Assembly: GCA_045120955.1 (NCBI GenBank)
Contig: JBGVFH010000071.1
Coordinates: 25,293-89,292 of the forward strand
Reading direction: 5' to 3'
Length of the DNA: 64,000 nucleotides
Source: Eubacteriales bacterium
Lineage (GTDB): Bacteria; Bacillota; Clostridia; Oscillospirales; CAG-272
This document shows positions 10,007 through 20,912 of this stretch, one piece after another. How positions within the stretch are numbered: position 1 is the first letter of the stretch; each line of letters opens with the position of its first letter. The notes under the pieces are model-generated. The model did no database searches. It was not told where the DNA came from and worked only from the letters and a program-made list of their open reading frames with translations. A program made the translations under genes and the position numbers.

Positions 10007-10897
10007 ATGACGGTACACACGGATAATATTGAAAAATACATAAAAGAAAGCGCCCGTGAAACGGAGACAGCCCTTGCGCAATGTTTTGAAAATTCGGATG
10101 AGGATATTGCTTCGCTGTATGATGCCATGGCTTATTCAACTCTCGGCGCAGGGAAAAGGATAAGGGCGTTTTTGGTGCTTGAGTTTTGTCGTATTTTCGG
10201 CGGCGATATCGAGACGGCAAAGACGTTTGCCTGCGCACTTGAGATGATACACGCATTTTCTCTCATTCATGACGACCTTCCGTGCATGGATAACGATGAT
10301 ATGAGAAGAGGAAAGCCCTCCTGCCACGTAAAATACGGCGAGGCGCAGGCTCTTATCGCTGGTGATGCTTTGCTTATACTTGCCTTTGAGACGGCTTGCT
10401 CGGCAAACGCCGAGCCGAGAACCGTGCTCGAGGCTGTAAGGCTGCTTTCGGAAAATGCGGGAGCGAGGGGCATGTGCGGAGGTCAGATAATGGATATGCA
10501 CGCAGAAAGCGTGCGTGTGCCGTATGAATATCTGAAAAAGCTGCAAAGCCTTAAAACAGGGGCACTTATCGAGGCGGCGGCAAGGCTCGGATGTATTGCC
10601 GCAGGTGCCGACGGTAAGGCGTGCGAGGATGCGGTGAAATACGCATCATGCATCGGCAGAGCTTTTCAGATAGTTGACGATATACTCGATGTCGAGGGGG
10701 ACGAGGCGAGCCTCGGAAAGCCTGTCGGCAGCGACAGCGAGAGCAACAAGAGCACCTTTGTTACCGAGCTTGGTATCGAAGGCGCAAGAGCAGAGGCGAA
10801 GCGGCTGAGCGAAATGTCAAAGGAATATATCGTAAAATACAAGGGAGCGCAAAATCTGCTCGCTTTGTCGGATTGGCTGCTTGAAAGAAAAAATTAA
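10007..10897 (+). CDS. ispA: farnesyl-diphosphate synthase (geranyltranstransferase)
   Basis: First and second Asp-rich motifs (LIHDDLPCMDNDDMRRGKP; QIVDDILD). Confidence 0.85.
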   Translation: MTVHTDNIEKYIKESARETETALAQCFENSDEDIASLYDAMAYSTLGAGKRIRAFLVLEFCRIFGGDIETAKTFACALEMIHAFSLIHDDLPCMDNDDMRRGKPSCHVKYGEAQALIAGDALLILAFETACSANAEPRTVLEAVRLLSENAGARGMCGGQIMDMHAESVRVPYEYLKKLQSLKTGALIEAAARLGCIAAGADGKACEDAVKYASCIGRAFQIVDDILDVEGDEASLGKPVGSDSESNKSTFVTELGIEGARAEAKRLSEMSKEYIVKYKGAQNLLALSDWLLERKN

Positions 10898-10923
10898 CGT
10901 ATAAACGGGAAGCTTGGTTTTTA

Positions 10924-11703
10924 ATGAGACTTGACTTATATTTGCAGAGCAACGGTATGTGCCGAAGCCGTACAAAGGCAAAGGAGCATATATCCGAGGG
11001 CAGAGTAAAGGTAAACGGTACCGCCGTGACAAAGGCAGGCTATGAGGTGTGCGACGGTGATACCGTCGAATTTGACCGTCCCGAAAACGAGTATGTCGGA
11101 CGAGGCGCTCATAAGCTCGAAGGAGCGTTAGATGCGTTTTCGGTTGACGTGTCGGGCAAGGCGTGTATAGACGTCGGAGCATCAACGGGAGGCTTTACTC
11201 AGATACTGCTCTCTCGGGGAGCTGAGTCTGTGACGGCTGTAGACTCGGGACGGGGACAGCTCGACCCCGTACTCAGAGAGGATAAGAGAGTAAGAAACGT
11301 TGAGGGATGCAACGCACGTTATATGACACGGGACGAGGTCGGAGACGGGTATGCGCTGGCGGTAATGGATGTTTCGTTTATATCGCAGACGTATATTTTC
11401 CCCGCACTTTTCCCTTTGCTTTGTGAAGACGGTGTGCTCATCTCACTTGTAAAGCCGCAGTTCGAGCTTGACTCAAGGAGCGTGGGCAAGGGCGTTGTTA
11501 AAAACCCCGATATGCGCTACAAGGCGCTTTTGCGAGTGTACGAGTCGGTGCTCGTATTCGGCTATCATGTAAGTGACGTTGCCGTTTCCCCTATATGCGG
11601 AGGAGACGGGAATATCGAGTATTTGTTTTTGATAGAGCGAGGTGCCGAGCGTGATGCCGTCAGACAAAAGCTGAGGGTGCTTTCGAGCGGTAAAGGCATC
11701 TGA
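10924..11703 (+). CDS. tlyA: TlyA family rRNA (cytidine-2'-O)-methyltransferase
   Basis: N-terminal S4 domain plus FtsJ-like MTase (GASTGGFTQ). Confidence 0.8.
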   Translation: MRLDLYLQSNGMCRSRTKAKEHISEGRVKVNGTAVTKAGYEVCDGDTVEFDRPENEYVGRGAHKLEGALDAFSVDVSGKACIDVGASTGGFTQILLSRGAESVTAVDSGRGQLDPVLREDKRVRNVEGCNARYMTRDEVGDGYALAVMDVSFISQTYIFPALFPLLCEDGVLISLVKPQFELDSRSVGKGVVKNPDMRYKALLRVYESVLVFGYHVSDVAVSPICGGDGNIEYLFLIERGAERDAVRQKLRVLSSGKGI

Positions 11704-11737
11704 GGGATATATTCACATCAGCGTTCGGAGGTATGGT

Positions 11738-12622
11738 ATGGACTGTATTTCAAAAAAAGTAAAGACGGCGGTGCTCGTTACAAACACCGTCAAGGACAGA
11801 GAGCTTGAACATTTTAAAAAAATATACGAGCTTATAAAAGACAACGGGGCTGTAGTGCGTGTCCCCATCCTTTATAAAGAAATGCTCGGAGAGCGGTTCG
11901 ACGTGACATTTTGCGAGGAGAGTCAGCTTTACCGAGAGGCAGATGCGGCGGTCGTTCTCGGAGGCGACGGAACTATACTAAAGGCGGCATCGGGAGCGAT
12001 AGCTGAGGACTGTCCGATTCTCGGAGTAAATCTCGGCAGAATAGGCTATATGGCTGAAATAGGCAAGGACGAGACAGAGCAGATCAAGCGTCTGTTTGAA
12101 GGAAGATATAAGATAAGCGAGCGCATGACTCTTCATGTGAGTGTGGAGGACGGAGAAATGTGCCGTACTGTGTGCGAAAATGCCCTCAACGATGCGGTGC
12201 TTCGCCCTGCGAGCATGGGGCGTGTGCAGGCACTCAACGTTTATTCCGACGGCGTGCGTGTGTCCGAGCACAGGGGGGACGGACTTATAGTTTCGACGCC
12301 CACAGGCTCTACGGCATATTCGATGTCAGCGGGCGGTCCCGTGTTTGACCCGTCGCTTGAATGTATGTGTGTCACTCCTGTGTGTTCTCTTTCTCCTGCG
12401 GCAAGGCCGATCGTTTTTTCTGCTGAATGCGAGATAGAGATAGAAAATGCGGACGAAAATGCCGGCGGAGTGTTTCTCAGCTGCGATGGAAACGAGGGAA
12501 TGATAGTTGACAAGCACGCACGGATAATAGTGCGCCGTGCACAAAAAAAGGCAAAGCTCATTTCAATGGGCAACGAGGAGTTTTTCAATGTGCTCAGAAA
12601 AAAAATAATGAGCGCTATGTAA
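11738..12622 (+). CDS. nadK: NAD kinase
   Basis: GGDGTIL motif and NE/D dinucleotide-binding motif. Confidence 0.85.
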   Translation: MDCISKKVKTAVLVTNTVKDRELEHFKKIYELIKDNGAVVRVPILYKEMLGERFDVTFCEESQLYREADAAVVLGGDGTILKAASGAIAEDCPILGVNLGRIGYMAEIGKDETEQIKRLFEGRYKISERMTLHVSVEDGEMCRTVCENALNDAVLRPASMGRVQALNVYSDGVRVSEHRGDGLIVSTPTGSTAYSMSAGGPVFDPSLECMCVTPVCSLSPAARPIVFSAECEIEIENADENAGGVFLSCDGNEGMIVDKHARIIVRRAQKKAKLISMGNEEFFNVLRKKIMSAM

Positions 12623-12640
12623 AAATAAGGAAGTAAAATT

Positions 12641-13093
12641 ATGAAAAAAACAAGGCAGAGCAAGATAGTCGAGCTGATAAGCTCATATGATATCGAAACG
12701 CAGGATGAGCTGATATGCAAGCTTTCGGAGCACGGCTACAAGGTCACTCAGGCGACGATATCCCGAGATATACGAGAGCTCAAGCTCACAAAGATATCAA
12801 CGGGCAGCGGAGTGTATAAATATGTTATGCCCAAAGAGGATAAGGGCGGCAAGACGAAATTCAACAGTACCTTGACCGAGTCTATCACGCACGTTGACAG
12901 CGCACTCAACCAAATAGTGCTCAAAACCTACCCCGGTATGGCGGTAGCTGTTGCGGTAGGAATAGACTCTATAAATATGCCCGAAATACTCGGGTGTGTT
13001 GCGGGGGACGACACGATAATCGTGATATGCCGTACGGTCGAGTCGGCGGACAGCATTGCGGATAACATAAAGCATCTTATAAGAACGCTGTAA
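12641..13093 (+). CDS. argR: arginine repressor
   Basis: 150 aa; winged-helix N-terminus plus C-terminal oligomerisation/Arg-binding domain (GCVAGDDT). Confidence 0.85.
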   Translation: MKKTRQSKIVELISSYDIETQDELICKLSEHGYKVTQATISRDIRELKLTKISTGSGVYKYVMPKEDKGGKTKFNSTLTESITHVDSALNQIVLKTYPGMAVAVAVGIDSINMPEILGCVAGDDTIIVICRTVESADSIADNIKHLIRTL

Positions 13094-13119
13094 AAAGTAT
13101 AAAGAAGGAGACGACGCTC

Positions 13120-14814
13120 ATGCTCTCTAATATTCATATTGAGAATATAGCCGTTATAAAGAATATTGATATAGAGTTCGGTCACGGCTTTTGCGCTATA
13201 ACCGGTGAGACGGGAGCGGGAAAGACTGTCATCATGGACGCAATAAAGCTGCTTGTCGGGGCGAAGACCGACAGGGAGCTTATTCGGCACGGAGAGGAGC
13301 GTGCGCAGATAAGCGGGCTTTTCTCGGATATCGGCGAAGATGTGCAGAGGACTCTTTGCGATATGGGATACGAGTGCGAGGACGGGGAGCTTCTTGTCAG
13401 CCGCACCATAAGTGCCGACGGCAGGTCAAGCGTGAAAATAAACGGCAAGAGCGCAACGGCATCCATGCAGAGGAGCATTGTCGGCTCGCTGCTTGACTTT
13501 CACGGTCAGCACGACAATGTCACACTGCTTGATAAAAAAACGCATCTGCGTATGCTTGATGAGTATGCCGACACCGCCTCCGAGCTTGCTTCTTACAAGG
13601 AAAAGTACGCAGAGTACACAGATGCAAAAAGGAAGCTCTCTTCATTTATTGAGCAGAGCAAGGATAAGCAGAGACAGCTTGAGCTTCTCACAGCTCAGAT
13701 AAAGGACATCTCAGCGGTAAAGCCAAAGGTAGGCGAGGAGCAAAAGCTTGAGGCGGAGAGACTGAGACTTTCTAATATAGAAAAGGTAAGAAAGCAGGCA
13801 GGCTTTGCCTACAGAGCGATATACGGCGGAGAGAAGGGAAACGCCTGTATGCTTATAGATAAGAGCATCGGTTCGTTATCTGCGCTCTCTGAGGCGGTGC
13901 CCGAGTTTGCTGAGCTTTCCGCAAGACTGCGCAATGTTTATTATGAGCTGGGAGATATAGCGGAGGCAATAGGCGAGTATGCCGATGACGGTGAAGACCC
14001 GACGGCGGCACTCGACAAAATCGAATCAAGGCTCGATGCTATACGAAAGCTAAAGAAAAAATACGGAGCGGATATAGAAGAGATACTTGCCTTTTACGAG
14101 AAAGCAAAGAAAAAGGCAGGCGAGTACGAAAACTCGGACTTGACCAAAGAGGAGCTTGAGCGTGATTACAATGCAAGGCTCGGGGAGCTTTCAGTCTTAG
14201 CTGAGGTGCTGAGTGAAAAGAGACGCCGTGCGGCAGAGCAGCTCTCGGAGGGCGTGTGCGAGGTGCTGTCTTTTCTTGATATGCCGAAGGTGCGCTTTGA
14301 GGCTCGTGTGAGCGAGCCCGATACAGGCAAAAAAAATAAGGAAAGCGCATATTCGCCCGACGGAGCGGACGATGTGGTGTTTTTGATGGCATTGTCCTCG
14401 GGCGAGCCGATGCTTGAGCTTTCAAACGCAAGCGGAGGAGAATTGGCACGTGTTATGCTTGCGCTGAAGAGCGTTCTTTGCCAAAGGTTCGGTGCTCAGA
14501 CTGTTATATACGATGAAATAGATGCAGGAGTCAGCGGTAGGACGGCGAGAAAAATAGGAATGAAACTAAAACAAAGCGCAAAAAATGCTCAGGTAATATG
14601 CGTCACACACTCGGCGCAGATAGCATCATTGGCGGATGTTCATTACAAAATATGCAAAAATACGAGCGACGGGCGCTTTGAGAGTGATATACGGGAGCTT
14701 GACAGAGAGGGCAGGATAGAGGAGCTGTCAAGAATACTCGGAGGTCTGAGCGTTACACAAGCGCAAAGGCAGGCGGCTGAGGATATGCTCAACGGCGAGA
14801 GCGGGCTTTTATAA
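13120..14814 (+). CDS. recN: DNA repair protein RecN
   Basis: Walker A at N-terminus (GETGAGKT), long coiled coil, C-terminal signature/Walker B. Confidence 0.9.
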   Translation: MLSNIHIENIAVIKNIDIEFGHGFCAITGETGAGKTVIMDAIKLLVGAKTDRELIRHGEERAQISGLFSDIGEDVQRTLCDMGYECEDGELLVSRTISADGRSSVKINGKSATASMQRSIVGSLLDFHGQHDNVTLLDKKTHLRMLDEYADTASELASYKEKYAEYTDAKRKLSSFIEQSKDKQRQLELLTAQIKDISAVKPKVGEEQKLEAERLRLSNIEKVRKQAGFAYRAIYGGEKGNACMLIDKSIGSLSALSEAVPEFAELSARLRNVYYELGDIAEAIGEYADDGEDPTAALDKIESRLDAIRKLKKKYGADIEEILAFYEKAKKKAGEYENSDLTKEELERDYNARLGELSVLAEVLSEKRRRAAEQLSEGVCEVLSFLDMPKVRFEARVSEPDTGKKNKESAYSPDGADDVVFLMALSSGEPMLELSNASGGELARVMLALKSVLCQRFGAQTVIYDEIDAGVSGRTARKIGMKLKQSAKNAQVICVTHSAQIASLADVHYKICKNTSDGRFESDIRELDREGRIEELSRILGGLSVTQAQRQAAEDMLNGESGLL

Positions 14815-14858
14815 AATGTTTAATATATAAAATTTATGATTATTAAGGAAAAAACGGT

Positions 14859-15785
14859 ATGAATTTTTCTTTTGATATACAGAGCTATTTGTCAAGGCTC
14901 AATGAATATGAAGCTAAGACGATAAGATACATAGAAAATTGTCCGATGGCATCACTTACGACCTTCAAAATAGGCGGTCCGTGCGCAGTTGCCGTGTTCC
15001 CCGAAAATGCAAGCGAGTTAATATATGCGGCAGAATGTGCACATGGAACCGGCGCAAAAGTGAAGGTCATCGGACGGGGGAGCAATCTTCTGTGTGCCGA
15101 TGCGGGCTTTGACGGTATTGTTATCGTGTGCGACAACGCAGACAAGATCCGTGTCGAGGATGACATCATAGAGTGTGAGTGCGGGGCATCTCTTACCGCT
15201 GTTGCAAACGAGGCGTGCGAGGCAGGGCTGTGCGGTGCGGAGTTTATGTACGGTATTCCCGGAAGCATCGGCGGCGGTGTGTTTATGAATGCGGGCGCTT
15301 ACGGCGGACAGATATCGGATGCGGTCATACGGGTGGAGTGCATGAATATAAACACCAAGCAAAGATTTGTACTGATGCGTGAGGAGCTTGATTTTTCCTA
15401 CAGGCACAGCATTTTCACCGAGCATCCTGAGTATATCGTTTTGTCGGTGATGCTCAGACTCAGACACGGAGACAGAGACGGGATACAGGCAAAAATGCGT
15501 GATTATATCACCAGACGCAGAGAAAAACAGCCGCTTGAATATCCGAGCGCAGGCAGTACCTTCAAAAGATGCGAGGGCTACTATACCTCTCAGCTTATAG
15601 ACGAGGCGGGACTCAAGGGACTCAGCGTCGGCGGTGCCGCAGTATCCGAAAAGCATGCAGGCTTCGTTATAAACCGTGGCGGCGCTACCGCATCGGATGT
15701 TCTTGCGCTTGTTGATAAAATAAAAAAAGAGATATACTCAAAATACAACGTACAAATAGAATGTGAGGTAGAGTATATTGACTGA
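14859..15785 (+). CDS. murB: UDP-N-acetylenolpyruvoylglucosamine reductase
   Basis: FAD-binding domain (FKIGGP...) and MurB C-terminal domain. Confidence 0.85.
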   Translation: MNFSFDIQSYLSRLNEYEAKTIRYIENCPMASLTTFKIGGPCAVAVFPENASELIYAAECAHGTGAKVKVIGRGSNLLCADAGFDGIVIVCDNADKIRVEDDIIECECGASLTAVANEACEAGLCGAEFMYGIPGSIGGGVFMNAGAYGGQISDAVIRVECMNINTKQRFVLMREELDFSYRHSIFTEHPEYIVLSVMLRLRHGDRDGIQAKMRDYITRRREKQPLEYPSAGSTFKRCEGYYTSQLIDEAGLKGLSVGGAAVSEKHAGFVINRGGATASDVLALVDKIKKEIYSKYNVQIECEVEYID

Positions 15786-16674
15786 CAGAGAGCCTTCATT
15801 TACCGAGAGAGCGATATGCGAGGCTGTAGGTATTACAAGAAAAAATCTCTGTTGCGGCAGAGCGTTTGCCTTTGGCTTTATACTCGGAGCGGGGGAGCAA
15901 AGGGATAAGGACAATATATTTCTCAGAGCAAAGACGGCAGAGCTGTCAGAGTATCTGCAAAAGCTTGTGAGGGTGCAGTTCGGGCGTGAGGCTGTAGTGC
16001 GGTGCGTGAGCCAAAAGACGGGTACATACGAGCTGTCGTTTATATCTTCCCGAGCTGCCGATATGATAAACGACGCCGAAACGGCATACGAAAAAACGAT
16101 GAAATGCTCGGGGTGTTCAGGCAGCTTTCTATGCGGACTTTTTTGTGCGTGCGCAAGCATAAGCGACCCCAAGAGCGGATATTATCTGTCGCTGAGAATA
16201 CCTCCCGAATACAAGGATACGGTCAGCCGCACGCTTGTGGAAGCAGACATCTCTGCTTCTTACAGAGAGAGCGGGAAAAAAGGTGTCTTTTATATGCGTG
16301 CAAGCGGCATAATTGAGGATTTTTTGGCTGTGTGCGGAATGCAAAAGCTTCTTTTTGACTTTATGAACTGCAAAATAGAGAAGGAGATACGCAACAACGC
16401 AAACAGAAGCTCGAATATAGAATACAACAATATACAAAAAAGTGTCGGAGCGGCAAAGAAGTACATAGAGGCTATAGATTGGCTGAGGGAAAATGACAGA
16501 CTCACGGGACTTGACTCGGAACTTCATGAGGCGGCAAGACTGCGTGCCGAAAATCCCGAGTGCTCGCTGAGCACCCTCGGAGCAATGATGACACCTCCCG
16601 TGTCAAAGTCGGGGGTACTTCACAGACTCAACCGTATTTATGACATATATATCCGTGCTCTGAAAAAGGACTGA
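15778..16674 (+). CDS. whiA: DNA-binding protein WhiA
   Basis: Degenerate LAGLIDADG region plus C-terminal HTH; about 300 aa. Confidence 0.8.
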   Translation: MTDREPSFTERAICEAVGITRKNLCCGRAFAFGFILGAGEQRDKDNIFLRAKTAELSEYLQKLVRVQFGREAVVRCVSQKTGTYELSFISSRAADMINDAETAYEKTMKCSGCSGSFLCGLFCACASISDPKSGYYLSLRIPPEYKDTVSRTLVEADISASYRESGKKGVFYMRASGIIEDFLAVCGMQKLLFDFMNCKIEKEIRNNANRSSNIEYNNIQKSVGAAKKYIEAIDWLRENDRLTGLDSELHEAARLRAENPECSLSTLGAMMTPPVSKSGVLHRLNRIYDIYIRALKKD

Positions 16675-16746
16675 CGGAGCGGATAAAACAGAAATTAGCT
16701 TCGGTACGGGACAGGATAGATGATCTAAAGGAAAGGGGAAAAGCGT

Positions 16747-19700
16747 ATGGGCGATTTTGTACATTTGCATTTGCACAGCGAATACAGTCTGCTTGACGGA
16801 GCGTGCCGTATCAGCGACATACCGAAAGCCGCAAAGGCGGCAGGACACAGCGCCGTTGCCATAACAGATCACGGAAATCTGTTCGGTGCATATGCTTTTT
16901 ACCTATCCTGCAAAGCAGAAGGGATAAAGCCTATAATCGGATGCGAGGTGTATGTTGCGCCTCGTTCGATGAAGGACAGAGAGGGCAGAAAGGATGCAAG
17001 CGCAAACCATCTTGTTCTTCTGTGCAAAAACGAGGTTGGATATAAAAACCTGATAAAGCTTGTTTCGCAGTCGTACATTGACGGCTTTTATTCAAAGCCG
17101 AGAATAGACACGGAGCTGTTAAGAGAACATACAGAGGGGCTTGTGTGTCTCTCTGCCTGCCTTGCGGGATATATCCCGAGGCAGATATTGGCGGGCAATT
17201 TTGAAGGGGCGGTCGAGTATGCACAGATGCTTGACGGTATGTTCGGTCACGGCAACTTTTTTCTTGAGGTTCAGGATCATTTTCTGCCCGATGACCGCAC
17301 CGTCTGCGGCTCGCTGCTTGAAATTTCCAGACGCACGGGCATTGAGCTTGTTGCGACAAACGATGTGCACTATCTAAAAAAAGAGGACTCGTTCAATCAG
17401 GCGGTGCTGATGTGTATTCAGACGGCAAACGTGATAACGGACGGCAGACCCATAGGCTTTGAGACGGACGAGTTTTACTACAAGAGCACGGACGAGATGC
17501 GTGAGCTGTTCGCCTTATATCCGAGGGCGTGTGAGAACACGGTCAAAATAGCGGAGATGTGCGATTTCTCCTTTGAAGAGGATAAGCTGTTTTTGCCGAA
17601 ATTCCCGACAGAGAACGGGCAGAGCACATCGGATATTTTGCGACGGTGTGCGTTTGAGGGGTTTGAGAGAAGAATTGCAAACTCACAGATAAGCTTTGAC
17701 AAGCACTCAAAAGAGGAATATATCAGCCGTGCGGAGTATGAGCTTGAGATAATAGACAAGATGGGCTTTTCCGACTATTATCTTATAGTTGCAGACTACG
17801 TCGGATATGCAAAGAAAAAGGGAATTCCCGTAGGTCCGGGAAGAGGCTCGGGAGCGGGCAGTATAGTTGCGTTTTTTGTAGGGATAACGGATGTTGATTC
17901 TATAAAGTTCGATCTGCTCTTTGAGAGATTTCTCAATCCCGAGAGAGTGAGTATGCCCGACTTTGACGTTGATTTTTGCTACAACAGACGTGATGAAGTA
18001 ATAGAATATGTAAAGGAGCGCTACGGAAAAGAGCGTGTTGCTCAGATAATCACCTTCGGCACCATGGCGGCAAGGGCAGCGATAAGAGATGTCGGAAGAG
18101 CGCTGGGGATGAGCTATTCGGCGGTAGACGCTGTTGCAAAGTCGGTACCGAAGGGGCTTGATGTTACTCTTGCGGACGCCATGAAGACAAAGCGGTTTCG
18201 TGAGATATACGAAAGCGGCGAGTCGGAGAAAAAGCTCATTGACATAGCAATGGCACTCGAAGGTATGCCGCGCAACGCATCCACCCATGCGGCAGGCGTG
18301 GTCATTACCGACCGACCTGTCAGCGACTATGTGCCGCTTGCACGAAACGGTGAGACAGTCGTTACACAGTTTGACATGAACACGGTGGCGAAGCTCGGAC
18401 TTGTAAAGTTTGATTTTCTCGCACTTCGCTACCTTACAATAATACACGAGGCGGAGCGGCAGATTTCTGAGAGTACGGGTGAGCCGTTTGATATAAGCTG
18501 TATACCGCTCGACGATAAAAAGACCTTTAAGCTGATATCTGGCGGAAACACAAACGGTATCTTTCAGCTTGAAAGCGGGGGTATGCGACAGGTCCTTACT
18601 CAGCTAAAGCCCTCGTCTATCGACGATATCATAGCTACGATAGCGCTTTACCGTCCGGGACCGATGGACTCCATTCCAAGATATATAGAGCGTCGGCACG
18701 GCAGAGAGCTGCCGACATATCTGCATCCCTCACTCGAAGAGATACTGTCCGGTACTTACGGATGTATAGTGTATCAGGAGCAGGTCATGCAGATAGTTCG
18801 AAAGCTCGGCGGCTTTAGCTTCGGTCATGCGGACCTTGTCCGCCGTGCCATGTCGAAGAAAAAGGCAGAGGCAATGGAAGCGGAGCGAGGAGAGTTTGTG
18901 CGAGGATGTGAGCAGAACGGAATTACGGCAGACACCGCAAATGCGCTGTTTGACGAAATGGCATCCTTTGCATCCTACGCTTTTAACAAAAGTCATGCCG
19001 CAGCGTATGCCGTTATATCCTACAGAACGGCATATCTCAAAGCTCACTATACAAAATATTATATGGCGGCGCTCCTCTCAAGTGTGCTCGGCAACTTTGA
19101 AAAGACTGCCGAATATATCGGAGAAAGTGCAAAATTCGGCATAAAGGTGCTTGCCCCGAATATAAATGAAAGTAAAGTTGATTTTGCGGTAGTGGGGAAT
19201 AACATTCGTTTTGGGTTGCTTGCGCTCAAGAATGTGGGGCAACAGTTCATTGAAAAGATCATTTATGAGCGAAACAGAGGCAGATTTGAGTCCTTTGAGG
19301 ATTTTTTACGCCGAATGCAGCAAAGTCCTCAGTTCAACAAAAGACAGATAGAATCGCTGATAAAGAGCGGTGCGTTTGACGGATTGGGGGCAAAGAGGAG
19401 CCAGCTGTATGCAACTTATGAAAAACAGATGGACGCACTAAGCGAACGCGGCAGAAGCGAGGTTGCGGGGCAGATAGATATGTTCAGCGCATTTGAAGAG
19501 GACCTTGAGCGAAAGGGCTTTGAGTATCCGGAAATGCCCGAATATTCGGCAAAGCAGCTGCTTATGCTTGAAAAGGAGTCGAGCGGTATGTATTTTTCGG
19601 GGCATATGCTCGATGACTATAAGCTCGCTCTGTCCGAGATACGCACAAATACGTCAACCGAGATACTTTCAGCCGCCGACAGCGAAGATGCCGATGTCGT

Positions 19701-20313
19701 CTCTCCCGATGCCATGCTCGGCGCTCTCGGTGATAACAGCAAGGTCGTATTTGCAGGCATCGTGACAAAGGTTTCGGAGATGACCACGAAAAAAGGTGAA
19801 AAGATGGCATTTGTCATGGTCGAGGACAGATTTGCTGAGATAGAAACGGTCGTTTTTCCGACGGTATATGCAAAATGCGCAAGACTGCTCGGGGCCGAGC
19901 AGGGTATTGTCATACACGGCACGGTACAGCTGCGTGACGATGAAAAGCCTCGTCTGCTTGCGCAAAGGATATTTTCGCTCATACCCGACTCCGAGTATAA
20001 AAAAGGGTGCATGGATGCGTGTAATACGCATGCGGAGAAAGGCAGAGCGTTCGAAGACGGGCGCAACGGTCAGACGAACAGCATACAGAAAAAAACGGCA
20101 AGGCTGTTTTTGAAGCTCGATACGCTTGACTGCGAGCTTGCAATAAAGGCTGTCAATCTCTGCGAAATATTTTGCGGAAGCACACAGGTGGTGCTTTACG
20201 ACAGCTCGACACAAAAGTATACAAATTACAGCGGAAGCGGAGCGGACGCAAGCGCAAAGCTCATCTCGGAGCTGAAGGAGCTGCTTGGCGACGGGTGTGT
20301 CGTATTAAAATAA
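16747..20313 (+). CDS. dnaE: DNA polymerase III alpha subunit (DnaE-type)
   Basis: 1188 aa; PHP domain (HLHLHSEYSLLDGA), polymerase core, OB fold. Confidence 0.9.
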   Translation: MGDFVHLHLHSEYSLLDGACRISDIPKAAKAAGHSAVAITDHGNLFGAYAFYLSCKAEGIKPIIGCEVYVAPRSMKDREGRKDASANHLVLLCKNEVGYKNLIKLVSQSYIDGFYSKPRIDTELLREHTEGLVCLSACLAGYIPRQILAGNFEGAVEYAQMLDGMFGHGNFFLEVQDHFLPDDRTVCGSLLEISRRTGIELVATNDVHYLKKEDSFNQAVLMCIQTANVITDGRPIGFETDEFYYKSTDEMRELFALYPRACENTVKIAEMCDFSFEEDKLFLPKFPTENGQSTSDILRRCAFEGFERRIANSQISFDKHSKEEYISRAEYELEIIDKMGFSDYYLIVADYVGYAKKKGIPVGPGRGSGAGSIVAFFVGITDVDSIKFDLLFERFLNPERVSMPDFDVDFCYNRRDEVIEYVKERYGKERVAQIITFGTMAARAAIRDVGRALGMSYSAVDAVAKSVPKGLDVTLADAMKTKRFREIYESGESEKKLIDIAMALEGMPRNASTHAAGVVITDRPVSDYVPLARNGETVVTQFDMNTVAKLGLVKFDFLALRYLTIIHEAERQISESTGEPFDISCIPLDDKKTFKLISGGNTNGIFQLESGGMRQVLTQLKPSSIDDIIATIALYRPGPMDSIPRYIERRHGRELPTYLHPSLEEILSGTYGCIVYQEQVMQIVRKLGGFSFGHADLVRRAMSKKKAEAMEAERGEFVRGCEQNGITADTANALFDEMASFASYAFNKSHAAAYAVISYRTAYLKAHYTKYYMAALLSSVLGNFEKTAEYIGESAKFGIKVLAPNINESKVDFAVVGNNIRFGLLALKNVGQQFIEKIIYERNRGRFESFEDFLRRMQQSPQFNKRQIESLIKSGAFDGLGAKRSQLYATYEKQMDALSERGRSEVAGQIDMFSAFEEDLERKGFEYPEMPEYSAKQLLMLEKESSGMYFSGHMLDDYKLALSEIRTNTSTEILSAADSEDADVVSPDAMLGALGDNSKVVFAGIVTKVSEMTTKKGEKMAFVMVEDRFAEIETVVFPTVYAKCARLLGAEQGIVIHGTVQLRDDEKPRLLAQRIFSLIPDSEYKKGCMDACNTHAEKGRAFEDGRNGQTNSIQKKTARLFLKLDTLDCELAIKAVNLCEIFCGSTQVVLYDSSTQKYTNYSGSGADASAKLISELKELLGDGCVVLK

Positions 20314-20316
20314 ATT

Positions 20317-20350
20317 ATGCCGCACTTTGTACGGCATAATTGTAAAATAT
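20317..20350 (+). terminator. probable terminator after dnaE
   Basis: Hairpin ttatgccg/cggcataa followed by a T-rich tract. Confidence 0.45.
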
Positions 20351-20376
20351 ATTCTCATAAATTGACAAATGTTTTT

Positions 20377-20775
20377 TCAGGATGTATAATCCTGTATAAG
20401 AGAGACAAGCTCGTTTACGGAGTAAACGGCTATCCCCTCGCTTACCGCTTCTCTGTCGCTGAGCGGAAGAGAATAAACGTAGGTGTCAAGTATATCGACC
20501 ACCGTATATCCGTCTGCGGCATATATGGCGAGCTTTCCGTCCTTTACTCCGAGAACGTAGAGACGCTTTGCTTCGGCCGATATATTCTGTGAGTCTCCCG
20601 TGTCAGCGCTTGCGGATACATTCTGTGCGCAGGAGTGCGAAAGGATGTATTCACGGGTGTCGGAGAGCTTGATGCAGTTGATGGTGAGTAAAACGGTCAG
20701 TGCGATGCACAGCGAAAGGATGAGGGACAGTATTACGATGTATATGACATCCTTGGATCTGCTTTGTCTGTTCAT
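20377..20775 (-). CDS. hypothetical single-pass membrane protein (N-terminal TM, extracytoplasmic beta-rich domain)
   Basis: One strong TM after a basic N-terminus; transcribed divergently from the PBP gene. Confidence 0.45.
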   Translation of the reverse strand: MNRQSRSKDVIYIVILSLILSLCIALTVLLTINCIKLSDTREYILSHSCAQNVSASADTGDSQNISAEAKRLYVLGVKDGKLAIYAADGYTVVDILDTYVYSLPLSDREAVSEGIAVYSVNELVSLIQDYTS

Positions 20776-20912
20776 TTTGTTACCTCGTTATATAATTCAA
20801 ATTTTACAAATATTATTTGCATAAATTCATAATGTATTCAAAAAAATGGTATATACTCTATTATGAGCAATAATATGAAAAATAAACTTGCTTTCTGCGG
20901 AAGGGAAAAATT

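Noticed and set aside
8852-10081. 409-aa minus-strand ORF
   Set aside because: It lies antisense across the well-conserved xseA, xseB and ispA genes and has low-complexity Arg/Leu-rich composition. It is a typical shadow ORF.
17707-18447. 246-aa minus-strand ORF
   Set aside because: It lies entirely antisense to dnaE.
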